Part shown: in pieces, positions 18,435 to 27,002 of the stretch | How the letters are laid out: the number at the start of each line of letters is the position of its first letter | Numbering within the stretch: position 1 is the stretch's first letter | Assembly (NCBI GenBank): GCA_964627115.1 | Contig: CAZVHY010000015.1 | Span: forward strand, 1 to 36,928 | Reading direction: 5' to 3' | DNA from: an uncultured Solibacteraceae bacterium | GTDB taxonomy: Bacteria; Acidobacteriota; Vicinamibacteria; Vicinamibacterales; SCN-69-37 | Length of the DNA: 36,928 bases | Program-made: the position numbers and the translations under genes | Notes under the pieces: model-generated | The model's database searches: none | What the model saw: the letters and a program-made list of their open reading frames with translations, nothing else | What the model was told of the DNA's origin: nothing

Positions 18435-21347
18435 CTAGAACCTCACCCCCACCGAGAACCGGAACGTCCGCGGCGTCGTGTAGGCCGTGCGGGCGATCGC
18501 CTGCCCGAACTGATCGCCCTTGCGCCAGTGCACGCCCTCGATCGGCGTGGTCGTGAACGGGTTGAACGCCTGAAGTGTCGCCGTGTTCACGGCCGTCTGC
18601 ACCGTTGTGTTGATGCCGTTGGCCAGGATGTTGTAGAGCTGATACGTATTGAACACGTTCAGCAACTGGACGTTCGCGAACACCTCCGGTGCGACACCGC
18701 GGCTGCCAATACGGCGGCTGAGATCCAGCGAGATGTCCGTGCGCTTCTGGCCTTCCGTGCGGTAGGCGTCACGCGCCGTGAAGAAGTACGTCTGATTGCC
18801 AGGCGTGACCGCATAGCCAGGATTGGTGACGTACGGCCGCGGATTGATCAAGGCCGAGGCCCCATAGGGCGTGCCCGACTCCAGAGTCTGGACGACACCG
18901 AGGCTCACGTTGGCGACACGCTGCGTCCAGGGGAGCGAGTACGTGGCCCAGATACGCGCACGATGACGCTGGTCACCCGCGAGGTCGCCCTCGGGCGCCG
19001 ACCAGGCCGGGTCGTGGTACTCGGGGTATTCGAGTACGCCGCCTGTCAGCGGACCCGAGCCGACGTTTTCGCCGTTGAAGTTGCCCCAGAGCCGCGAGAG
19101 CGTGTAGCTGATGCCGGTGTTCAGGCTCGTGCCGGCGCGGTACGACGCCTGCGTGCTCAGACCGCGGTACTGACGCGTCACCACGTTGCTGTTCTGGATC
19201 AGCGCGATGTCGAACCGCTGGCCGAACTCGTCCTCGGCGATGCCGGTGGTCGTGTCCTTGCGCGACATGTAGAAGTCGCCGAACGTGCGGTTGATGAAGT
19301 CGGCCCGAACGGCGGCACGGCGGCCGAGTTGGCGGCTGACGCCCACGACGAACTCGTCGGCGTACGGCGACTTCAACGATCCTTCGATCTTCGTGGCCAG
19401 CCCAGGGATGTCGGCCAGCCACATCGTCGCACCGCCGCTGGCATCGAACCAGTCGAACATCGTCTGCAGGGCCACGTCACTCGGCACATAGGGGCCGGCG
19501 CCCGTGTTGATCGCAGGTCCCATGTAGTCGTACGCAAAGGTGGCCGGTGTGCCTGCAGCCGAGCCCGAACCGCCGATGGAGTTGTTGATGCCGGCGCCGT
19601 AGCGGCCGTAGCTCGCGTTGAACGCCGTGCGTCCAGACCCCGTCGGATCGAGGACCACGCCCACGCGCGGGGCCAGGATGCTGTCGTTGGCCACGAGCGC
19701 ACCCGACGCGTCGCGTCCCGCGTTCTTGTCGTAACGCAGGCCGAGGTTGAAGGTGACGTGCCGGTTGAGGGTCCACGTATCGTTCACGAACAGGGAGTGC
19801 GTGCGGAAGTTCGAGCCCTTGCTCTGTTCGAGGACCGGAAAGTGGATGAGCCACGTGCTGTCGCCAGGCTCGACCACCGGGTAGATGGTCTCGCCGTCGA
19901 TGATCGCGTCGGTCACCCGGAACTGCCAGTCCGAGCCCGACTGGTGATTGTCGGACAACATCTTGTCGTTGAAGTTCTCGTAGCCGGCGACGACGTGGTG
20001 TGAACCGCTGCCGGCCGTGGACAGGAAGTAGCTGGCCTTCAGGAGCACCGACTGATTGCTACGCTTTTCGTCCGTGCAGACGCCGCAGAACGTCGGCGAC
20101 CACCAGCGTCCAGCCGTCTGCTGGTTCCAGAGCGTCGTCCCGAGAATCCGATCGCGAAACTGTCCGCCGGAGCCTTCGAACGTGAACGCGCGGGCCGAGT
20201 ACTGCCCCTCGATGAAGAGGTTGTCGCGCAGCGAGCCGTTGTAGTGCACCGCGAGGAGCGTCTGCGGCTGCCGCCGGTTGACGAACGACGCGCGATCCAT
20301 GACGGTGCCGGTGACCTGATTGGCTTCCGACGTGACCCCCTGCGTGTACGCCACCTGAAGCCGGTGGTCAGACGTCAGAGACTGCGTGCCCTTGAACTCG
20401 AAGCGCTTCTCGTTCCGGCCGTAGACGTACGGAATGAGCGTGTACGCGGTTTCACGGCTGGTGTCGGCATTCTCCAGACGGCCAGCCAGGAAGAACCACG
20501 TGCGGTCGCGCAGGATGGGACCGCCGATGGTGAATTCGTGCGTGGGGATTACCTGGTCGATCTTCGACTCTCCAAAGGGGGTGACCCGGCGCCAGTCGTC
20601 GTTGCGGAACGACGTCCGGTAGGAGCCGCTGAAGCTGTTTCCACCCGACTTCGTGACCGCGTTGACGACACCGCCAGTGAACCGGCCGTACTCGGCCGAG
20701 ATGCCGGAGGTCGTCACCGTGGTTTCCTGGATCGCGTCCTCGATGAACAGGTTGTAGGGGGTGCCGCGGACGTTGTCCTGAATCTGCACGCCGTTGAGCA
20801 GGAACAGGTTTTCGAACGACATGGCCCCGGCCACTGACACGTAGCCGTTCGGACCCGACTCGGTCACGCCCGGGGCCATCGCCACCGCCGCGAGCAGCGT
20901 GCGCGTGGTCGGCAGCCGGCTGATCTCGAGCTGGTTGAAGTTCGCGGCGCTCTGCACCGTGTTGGTGAAGGCCGTGGTGTCACCCGTCACCGTGACGTCT
21001 TCGCTCAGCGCCGCGGGCTGCAGCGTGATGTCCAGATGGATCGTGGCCGTCGCGGCCACCTGGCGCGTCTGGGCGACCGGTGCGAAGCCGGGGCTTTCAA
21101 TCAGGACCGTGTAGAGGCCCGGCGGCAGCAGCGGGATGATGAAATCGCCGTTGGTGGCGGTCGTCGTCGTCCGCGTGCCCTGGAGAGCCGAGGACTGTGC
21201 GGTCACCGTGGCGCCGCCGACCGACCGGTCCTGGCTGTCGGTCACCCGGCCGCTGATGGCGCCGGTAGGGACCTGAGCCGCCGCCACTGCCGGAATGACG
21301 GCCAGAAGGAACAGAAACAACTGGAAAGAACGAGTCACAGAGCGCAT
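18435..21347 (-). CDS. TonB-dependent receptor-like outer-membrane protein with N-terminal carboxypeptidase-regulatory-like domain
   Basis: 970 aa with a signal peptide. CarboxypepD_reg pattern (GAISGRVTDSQDRSVGGATVTA...TNGDFIIPLLPPGLYTV). Plug-like region (GISAEYGRFTGGVVNAVTKSGGN). Long beta-barrel ending in FSVGVRF. Confidence 0.85.
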   Translation of the reverse strand: MRSVTRSFQLFLFLLAVIPAVAAAQVPTGAISGRVTDSQDRSVGGATVTAQSSALQGTRTTTTATNGDFIIPLLPPGLYTVLIESPGFAPVAQTRQVAATATIHLDITLQPAALSEDVTVTGDTTAFTNTVQSAANFNQLEISRLPTTRTLLAAVAMAPGVTESGPNGYVSVAGAMSFENLFLLNGVQIQDNVRGTPYNLFIEDAIQETTVTTSGISAEYGRFTGGVVNAVTKSGGNSFSGSYRTSFRNDDWRRVTPFGESKIDQVIPTHEFTIGGPILRDRTWFFLAGRLENADTSRETAYTLIPYVYGRNEKRFEFKGTQSLTSDHRLQVAYTQGVTSEANQVTGTVMDRASFVNRRQPQTLLAVHYNGSLRDNLFIEGQYSARAFTFEGSGGQFRDRILGTTLWNQQTAGRWWSPTFCGVCTDEKRSNQSVLLKASYFLSTAGSGSHHVVAGYENFNDKMLSDNHQSGSDWQFRVTDAIIDGETIYPVVEPGDSTWLIHFPVLEQSKGSNFRTHSLFVNDTWTLNRHVTFNLGLRYDKNAGRDASGALVANDSILAPRVGVVLDPTGSGRTAFNASYGRYGAGINNSIGGSGSAAGTPATFAYDYMGPAINTGAGPYVPSDVALQTMFDWFDASGGATMWLADIPGLATKIEGSLKSPYADEFVVGVSRQLGRRAAVRADFINRTFGDFYMSRKDTTTGIAEDEFGQRFDIALIQNSNVVTRQYRGLSTQASYRAGTSLNTGISYTLSRLWGNFNGENVGSGPLTGGVLEYPEYHDPAWSAPEGDLAGDQRHRARIWATYSLPWTQRVANVSLGVVQTLESGTPYGASALINPRPYVTNPGYAVTPGNQTYFFTARDAYRTEGQKRTDISLDLSRRIGSRGVAPEVFANVQLLNVFNTYQLYNILANGINTTVQTAVNTATLQAFNPFTTTPIEGVHWRKGDQFGQAIARTAYTTPRTFRFSVGVRF

Positions 21348-21512
21348 ATCTTTGCCCTAACGTTTAGCGGGGTTTGCGAGGAGCAGCCCAAGTTGATGGC
21401 ACTAGCAATTCCGGTGCCCCTGAGCCTGGGGACTTGGTACCCGACCGGGTGCTTCGTCCTCCTTCGACATACGGAAATCTTCCTTCCGTACAACGAACTT
21501 TCACTTACATAA

Positions 21513-21530
21513 GTGTAATACTTGTTACAC
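21513..21530. promoter_or_regulatory. Perfect inverted repeat GTGTAA-N6-TTACAC (operator-like) in the AT-richer region upstream of the TonB-dependent receptor gene
   Basis: Direct reading. A third half-site, TTACAT, lies at 21504-21509. The repeat is about 170 nt upstream of the receptor ATG (21347, minus strand). Confidence 0.3.
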
Positions 21531-21671
21531 CTATGGCATAGGTCGAAGGACCAAAAGTTTCGGCGGAAGTCGCCTGGCAGGGGACCACACGCCGGCGGGA
21601 AGGGGTAGCGGCTACCCGTGCCTGGGAGGCACGGACGGCGCGATGGGTATGCGCCGCCCCTTCTGCGAGCC

Positions 21672-22520
21672 TCAGTAGCGGAGTGCGGCGCCGAACCAGA
21701 GTCCCTGGAACTTCAAGTCGCCGAGGTCATTCTCGATCTGAACGAACGTATTGGTCCGCCGCCAGCCGACCTGCACCCCCACGTTGTTGGTGACGTTGAA
21801 CGTGCCGTTCAGGTCCCACTCCAACCACTTGCCCTGGTACTTCGGATCGATGTCTTCAGGCACCTTCATCCCGCTCAGTTCGAAGTTCACGGCCAGGGCC
21901 GGCAGCGGGTACGCCCGGGCGACGACGCCGATCGCGGGCAGCGGAGCCTTGACGGTCGTGAACTCGTCGTACCTCGGCGAAATGGCCGGGCTGTTGGTGG
22001 CCAGCCGCGCGTCCATCTGCGTCAGCCGCACGTCGATCAGCGCGCCGACGAAGCCGCGCGAAAAATAGAGGAAGTCGTATTCGTACCCGAACCGCCACAC
22101 CTTCCAGTCGAACGACGACTCGACGGGCACGCCGACGGGATAGGCGATGCCGTTGAACACGATGGTCCGCGTGAAGTTCGTGTCCGCGGCGTAGCGGATC
22201 GGCGTGTACTGGATCCGGAACTTGGCCTTCTTCGTCGGACGCAGGACGATCCGCAGGTCGCGGAAGCGCGTCGTCGTGTAGTTGAGGTCGTTCGTGAAGT
22301 CGATGTTCGAGCCGATCAGGCCGAACTGTTCGCTCGAGATCTGACCGTAGAGCTCGGGATTCCAGAGCGTACCGGCAACCTCGATCCAGTATTTTTCGCC
22401 GATCGCCTCGCCGCTGGCGAAGTCCTGTGCAGCGGCCGACGACGGCAGGACGAGGGCAGCCGAGAGGAGCACACCCGCGAGGATGCCGCGCCGGGGTGTC
22501 TGCCTGGTGAAAAACGCCAT
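21672..22520 (-). CDS. Uncharacterised outer-membrane beta-barrel protein
   Basis: 282 aa. Signal peptide (LLSAALVLPSSAAAQ). Alternating hydrophobic beta-strand pattern with a C-terminal aromatic residue (WFGAALRY). SD GGAGG lies 10 nt upstream. Confidence 0.65.
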   Translation of the reverse strand: MAFFTRQTPRRGILAGVLLSAALVLPSSAAAQDFASGEAIGEKYWIEVAGTLWNPELYGQISSEQFGLIGSNIDFTNDLNYTTTRFRDLRIVLRPTKKAKFRIQYTPIRYAADTNFTRTIVFNGIAYPVGVPVESSFDWKVWRFGYEYDFLYFSRGFVGALIDVRLTQMDARLATNSPAISPRYDEFTTVKAPLPAIGVVARAYPLPALAVNFELSGMKVPEDIDPKYQGKWLEWDLNGTFNVTNNVGVQVGWRRTNTFVQIENDLGDLKFQGLWFGAALRY

Positions 22521-22529
22521 TGTTATACT
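22521..22529 (+). promoter_or_regulatory. Extended -10 promoter TGTTATACT positioned for a leaderless ABC-transporter mRNA
   Basis: TG-n-TATACT (22521-22529), 6 nt (GCCTCC), then ATG 22536. There is no SD on this strand; CCTCC is anti-SD-like. Confidence 0.4.
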
Positions 22530-22535
22530 GCCTCC

Positions 22536-24299
22536 ATGCTCGCGGCGCTCGCGCGCCTGCTGCCGTACATCGTTCGGGTCCGACGATCGCTTGTGCTGGG
22601 GCTGGCCTGTATTCTCGTGGCCACCGCCCTGTCACTATCGGCCCCCTGGGTCCTGAAAATCGCCATCGACGGACTGCTCGGGGGAGAGGATCGGTCGCGC
22701 CTCGCGCTCTACGCGCTGGCCCTGGTCGGGCTGGCTCTGGCCGACGGCGCATTCCGATACCTGATGCGCACCCTCCTTATCGGCGCATCACGCCAGATCG
22801 AATATGACCTGCGGCAGGATTTCTTCCTGCACCTCCAGCGCATGCCCCAGGCCTGGTTCCAGGCCAGCCGGACCGGCGACCTGATGTCGCGCGCCACCAA
22901 CGACCTCGGGGCCGTCCGGATGATGGTCGGCCCGGCTCTGATGTACTTCGCCAGCACGGCCCTCGGGTTCGTGGTCGCCGTGAGCGTCATGTGGTGGATC
23001 GATCCCCGCCTGACGCTGCTGGCGCTCCTGCCGCTGCCCGGCGTCACGCTGGGCACGCGCTATTTCGGGCGCGCCATCCACGATCGTTTCGAGCGGATTC
23101 AGGCCCAGCTCTCCGAGATGAGCGCCGTCGTCCAGGAAGCGCTGGCGGGCGTTCGCGTGGTCCGCGCGTATCGTCAGGAAGAGGCGCAACTGGCGGCGTT
23201 CGGCCGCGCCAACGACGAGTACGTCCGGCGCAACCGCGGCCTGATTCACCTGCAGGGCGCGTTCTACCCGACGCTGACGTTCTGTTTCGGCCTGAGCGGC
23301 CTGGCGGTGCTCTGGTTCGGTGGACAGGACGTGATGGCCGGACGGCTGACCATTGGCGAGTTCGTCGCGTTCAGCCGCTATCTGGTGCTGCTCAGCTGGC
23401 CGATGATTGCGTTCGGCTGGGTCATCAATCTCGTGCAGCGCGGCATGGCGTCGTGGGGGCGGATGCTCGAGGTGCTCGACGCGCCGCCGGCCGAGATGCC
23501 GTCTTCGTCCGAGACCACCGTGCCTGCTATCGGACCCGGGCGCATCGACGTCGACGGTCTCAGCTTCACGTATCCGGGCTCGAGTCGCCCTGCCCTCGAC
23601 GACGTGTCGTTCACGGTTGAGCCAGGACAGACGGTGGCTGTCGTCGGACCAACCGGATCGGGCAAGTCCACACTCGTGCAGGTTCTGCTGCGTCTTCGGG
23701 AGCCGGGGCGCGGCATGGTGCGGCTCGACGGCGTCGACGTGCTGGACCGGTCGCTCGCCGACGTGCGAGGCATGATGTCGGTCGTGTCGCAGGAGCCGTT
23801 CCTGTTCTCCGATACGGTCGGCGGCAACATCGCCTTTGGCGCCGGCGAGGAGTGGGGACCTGAGCCGTTGCGCGAGCGTGTCACCGAGGCCGGCGCACTT
23901 GCTGCATTGAAAGACGATGTGACCGGCTTCACCGACGGCTACGACACGGCGATCGGAGAGCGCGGCATCACGCTGTCGGGCGGCCAGAAACAGCGTGTCG
24001 CCCTTGCGCGGGCCATCCTGGCCGATCGCCCCATCCTCATCCTCGACGACGCGCTGTCAGCCGTCGACACTGCAACGGAACACCGGATTCTCGACGCGCT
24101 GGCGCGCGTCAGACGATCGCGCACCTGCGTGATCATCGCGCACCGCATCTCGACGGTGCGTGACGCGGACCTGATCCTCGTGCTCGCCGGAGGCCGTGTC
24201 GTGGAACGCGGCACGCACGACACGCTGGTCGCGGCTGATGGCGTCTATGCGGCGATGCACAACGAACAGTTGCTCGAGGAGGAACTGGCGCGTGTATAA
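22536..24299 (+). CDS. ABC exporter half-transporter (TMD-NBD), subunit carrying the degenerate Walker B
   Basis: ORF 21618..24299 trimmed to ATG 22536 (MLAALARLLPYIVRV...). 587 aa with six TM helices. Walker A GPTGSGKST and signature LSGGQKQR are canonical. Walker B is ILILDD-A, with Asp in place of the catalytic Glu. Confidence 0.9.
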   Translation: MLAALARLLPYIVRVRRSLVLGLACILVATALSLSAPWVLKIAIDGLLGGEDRSRLALYALALVGLALADGAFRYLMRTLLIGASRQIEYDLRQDFFLHLQRMPQAWFQASRTGDLMSRATNDLGAVRMMVGPALMYFASTALGFVVAVSVMWWIDPRLTLLALLPLPGVTLGTRYFGRAIHDRFERIQAQLSEMSAVVQEALAGVRVVRAYRQEEAQLAAFGRANDEYVRRNRGLIHLQGAFYPTLTFCFGLSGLAVLWFGGQDVMAGRLTIGEFVAFSRYLVLLSWPMIAFGWVINLVQRGMASWGRMLEVLDAPPAEMPSSSETTVPAIGPGRIDVDGLSFTYPGSSRPALDDVSFTVEPGQTVAVVGPTGSGKSTLVQVLLRLREPGRGMVRLDGVDVLDRSLADVRGMMSVVSQEPFLFSDTVGGNIAFGAGEEWGPEPLRERVTEAGALAALKDDVTGFTDGYDTAIGERGITLSGGQKQRVALARAILADRPILILDDALSAVDTATEHRILDALARVRRSRTCVIIAHRISTVRDADLILVLAGGRVVERGTHDTLVAADGVYAAMHNEQLLEEELARV

Positions 24300-24306
24300 G
24301 AGCTCG

Positions 24307-24342
24307 GGTGCAACAGGGACGACAGGTGCGACGGGCGAGAGG
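24307..24342 (+). repeat. Degenerate 8-9-nt periodic tract between the two ABC genes
   Basis: GGTGCAACA GGGACGACA GGTGCGAC GGGCGAGA GG. It is loosely related to the GGCGACRA words elsewhere in the window. Confidence 0.3.
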
Positions 24343-24419
24343 AACCAGATGCTTGTCTGCCTTCTTCACGTGCGTTGCACTGGCGGGGTCGGCGGTGTGC
24401 ACGCGGCAGGGGACCGCCG

Positions 24420-26222
24420 GTGACGATCCAGTCCGACGATCTGCCGGAGCGGCGCTCGCACGACCTGCGCATGTTGTGGCGGCTGCTCAGGTATCTGAGG
24501 CCGCACCGCGTGGCCGTGGGCCTGGCGTTCGTCGCCATGGTTGCGGGGTCGCTCGCCGAACTCGCGCAGCCGTGGCTCGTGCAGCGCGCCATCGACGATC
24601 ACTTCCTCGTCGGCGACATCGACGGCCTGGGACGGCTGGCGCTGCTGTTTCTCGGCCTGCTCGCGGTCGCGTTCGTGGCCGAGTACGTCCAGACGGTGCT
24701 GCTGCAGTCGACCGGGCAAGCCATCATGCACACGCTGCGGCGCGAGGTCTACGCGCACCTGCAGCGGCTCGAGCTGCGCTACTACGACCGGCACCCGGTG
24801 GGCCGGCTCATGACGCGGGTGACGACCGACATCGATGCGCTGAACGAACTGTTTGCCTCCGGTGTCGTCGCGGTCATCGGCGACGTGCTCATGCTCGCCG
24901 GCATCATGGCCGTGATGATCGCGATCGACTGGCGCCTGGCGGTCGTGGCCTTTTCGGTGTTGCCGTTCGTCGCGTGGGCTGCGCACTGGTTCCGCACCAA
25001 CGTGCGCGAGTCGTACCGGCAGGTGCGTGGGCTCGTGGCGCGGCTGAACGCGTTCCTGCAGGAACATCTCACGGGCATCGCGACCGTTCAGGCGTTCAAC
25101 CAGGAAGCGCGCACGGCGGCACGGTTCGAACGGATCAACCGCGAGCACCGGGACGTGAACATCCGGTCGATCGTCTACTACGCGGCGTTCTATCCGATCG
25201 TCGAACTGCTGGCCGCCACATCCGGTGCACTCATCATCTGGTTCGGCAGCGGATGGGCGCAGGACGGCACGGTGTCGCTCGGCGTGCTCGTGGCGTTTCT
25301 TCAGTATTCGCGCCGCTTCTTCCAGCCGGTGTCGGACCTGTCCGAGAAGTTCAACATCCTCCAGGCTGCGCTGGCCGCCTCCGAGCGTGTCTTCGGCGTG
25401 CTCGACACCGAGCCCGCGCTTCTGCCGGCGGCGACACCGCGTCAGCCCGAGAGCGTGCGTGGACGAATCGAATTCGACCGCGTGTGGTTCGCGTACGAGG
25501 ACGAACACTGGGTGTTGCGGGACGTGTCGTTCACGATCGAGCCCGGTCAGCGCGTTGGTGTCGTCGGCGCCACCGGCTCCGGCAAGACGACGGTCATCAA
25601 TCTGCTGCTGCGGTTCTACGACGTCCAGCGGGGACGTGTGCTCGTCGATGGCATCGATGTCCGTGAGTGGGATCCACAGGCGCTGCGTGCGCTGTTCGGA
25701 CTCGTCCTCCAGGACGTGCACCTCTTCTCCGGAACGGTCGCCGACAACATCAGGCTCGGACGAACTGACATCGCGGACGACGCGGTGCGGCGTGCGGCAG
25801 CCGCGGTCCATGCCGATCGCTTCATCGACGCGCGTGAGGGCGGTTTCGATTCTCTGGTGGCCGAACGTGGCGGCTCGCTGTCGGTCGGGCAGAAGCAGCT
25901 GCTGTCGTTCGCGCGGGCGCTGGCGTTCGAACCCGTCGTGCTGCTGCTCGATGAAGCGACGTCGAGTATCGACACGGCCACCGAGGCGCTCATCGAGGAC
26001 GCGCTGCACGTGATGATGGCAGGCCGTTCGGTACTCGCCATCGCGCACCGGCTGTCGACGATTCAGGACATGGATCTCATCCTGGTCCTGCACAAGGGCG
26101 AAGTGCGCGAGCGTGGGACGCACCAGCAACTGCTCGCCGAGCACGGCATCTATCGGCGGCTGTTCGAGCTGCAGTATCGGCAGGAGGCGGAACAGGCGGT
26201 GACGGACGGGCTGCACGGCTGA
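24420..26222 (+). CDS. ABC exporter half-transporter (TMD-NBD), subunit carrying the degenerate signature motif
   Basis: About 600 aa. The start is uncertain: GTG 24420 is preferred because family N-termini include residues before ...LRMLWRLLRYLRPH, with ATG 24471 as the alternative. Walker A GATGSGKTT, canonical Walker B LLLDEATS, signature LSVGQ. Confidence 0.85.
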   Translation: MTIQSDDLPERRSHDLRMLWRLLRYLRPHRVAVGLAFVAMVAGSLAELAQPWLVQRAIDDHFLVGDIDGLGRLALLFLGLLAVAFVAEYVQTVLLQSTGQAIMHTLRREVYAHLQRLELRYYDRHPVGRLMTRVTTDIDALNELFASGVVAVIGDVLMLAGIMAVMIAIDWRLAVVAFSVLPFVAWAAHWFRTNVRESYRQVRGLVARLNAFLQEHLTGIATVQAFNQEARTAARFERINREHRDVNIRSIVYYAAFYPIVELLAATSGALIIWFGSGWAQDGTVSLGVLVAFLQYSRRFFQPVSDLSEKFNILQAALAASERVFGVLDTEPALLPAATPRQPESVRGRIEFDRVWFAYEDEHWVLRDVSFTIEPGQRVGVVGATGSGKTTVINLLLRFYDVQRGRVLVDGIDVREWDPQALRALFGLVLQDVHLFSGTVADNIRLGRTDIADDAVRRAAAAVHADRFIDAREGGFDSLVAERGGSLSVGQKQLLSFARALAFEPVVLLLDEATSSIDTATEALIEDALHVMMAGRSVLAIAHRLSTIQDMDLILVLHKGEVRERGTHQQLLAEHGIYRRLFELQYRQEAEQAVTDGLHG

Positions 26223-26240
26223 CCGGCGGCGCGGCTGCGG

Positions 26241-26336
26241 GGGCGGGGCGATTTCGTGTCCGCCATCGGGCCTTGGGCCGACACAGGGGGCGGCCCCGAC
26301 GTTGTCATCCGTAGGGGCGGGCCCCTGTGCCCGCCC
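26241..26336. repeat. Cluster of REP-like hairpin modules between convergent genes
   Basis: GGGCGGGGCGATTTCGTGTCCGCC (26241-26264). TGGGCCGACACAGGGGGCGGC (26274-26294) matches 7761-7781 at 20/21 positions. GTAGGGGCGGGC-ccctgt-GCCCGCCC lies at 26311-26336. Confidence 0.6.
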
Positions 26337-26395
26337 ATATCCGGCTGCTCGCCGTCCGCCGCCGTGCGGCCGCGCGGCCGTGCAGCCCGCCGCCC

Positions 26396-26866
26396 CTACG
26401 GCGCATCCGTCGGCCGCACGGGATCTTCCGGCACATCGTTGGGCCGCCAGCCGAGCCGGAGGATGGTCACCGTCACCGAGCGCCGGCCGAAGGCGAGTGC
26501 CTCGTGACAACTCCACATGTAGAGATCGAGCTGGCGTCCCTGTACCGCCGGTCCCGTGTCGAGCACGGTGTAGAGGCCGTTGTGGCGTTCGGGACCACCG
26601 TCCACGCGGATGATCGATCCGAGCGGCAGCACGCGTGGATCGGCCGCCGCCACACCCGCCCGTGCCGCCGTGCCGGCGGCCGTCGTCGTGCCCTTGCAGT
26701 AGGCTGTGGCCGTGAAGCGCAGGCGCGTGCCCGCGGCTACGGCCGGCGTGCGGGCTCCTGGAACCGTCCGGGAGTCGACGACGGTGGCCTGATAGAGCAG
26801 GAAGAACGTCACGCCCGCGATGGCTGTCGCGAGGAGCTTCCGCCACAGGGACCGCGACAGCACCAT
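26396..26866 (-). CDS. 3D-domain protein (MltA/RlpA-like double-psi beta-barrel), membrane-anchored
   Basis: About 156 aa. ATG 26866 is directly preceded by GTG 26869. N-terminal TM anchor. 3D-domain pattern (ATAYC.GTTTAAGT...AADPRVLPLGS...Y.VLDTGPAV.G..LDLYM). Confidence 0.75.
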   Translation of the reverse strand: MVLSRSLWRKLLATAIAGVTFFLLYQATVVDSRTVPGARTPAVAAGTRLRFTATAYCKGTTTAAGTAARAGVAAADPRVLPLGSIIRVDGGPERHNGLYTVLDTGPAVQGRQLDLYMWSCHEALAFGRRSVTVTILRLGWRPNDVPEDPVRPTDAP

Positions 26867-26970
26867 CACGCGTCGGCCTCCGCCGACACCCGACCGGCAC
26901 CCGTCGCGCTGGTGAACTCGGAAGACACGGTGTCACAAGCGTACCGCGCGGGTCGGGTGTCAGCGCAAGT

Positions 26971-26995
26971 GAAAACGGCCCGCCGGCGCGGTGCC
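26971..26995 (-). terminator. Weak intrinsic terminator after thiL
   Basis: The minus strand reads GGCACCGC-GCCG-GCGGGCC (7 bp with one bulge) followed by GUUUUCAC. It lies 8 nt after the thiL stop. Confidence 0.35.
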
Positions 26996-27002
26996 AATTC
27001 GA

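Noticed and set aside
21618-22535. 306-codon N-terminal extension of the first ABC transporter ORF (21618..24299)
   Set aside because: It is antisense to the OM beta-barrel gene and Arg/Gly/Asp-rich with no family resemblance. The transporter N-terminus MLAALARLLPY is typical for the family.
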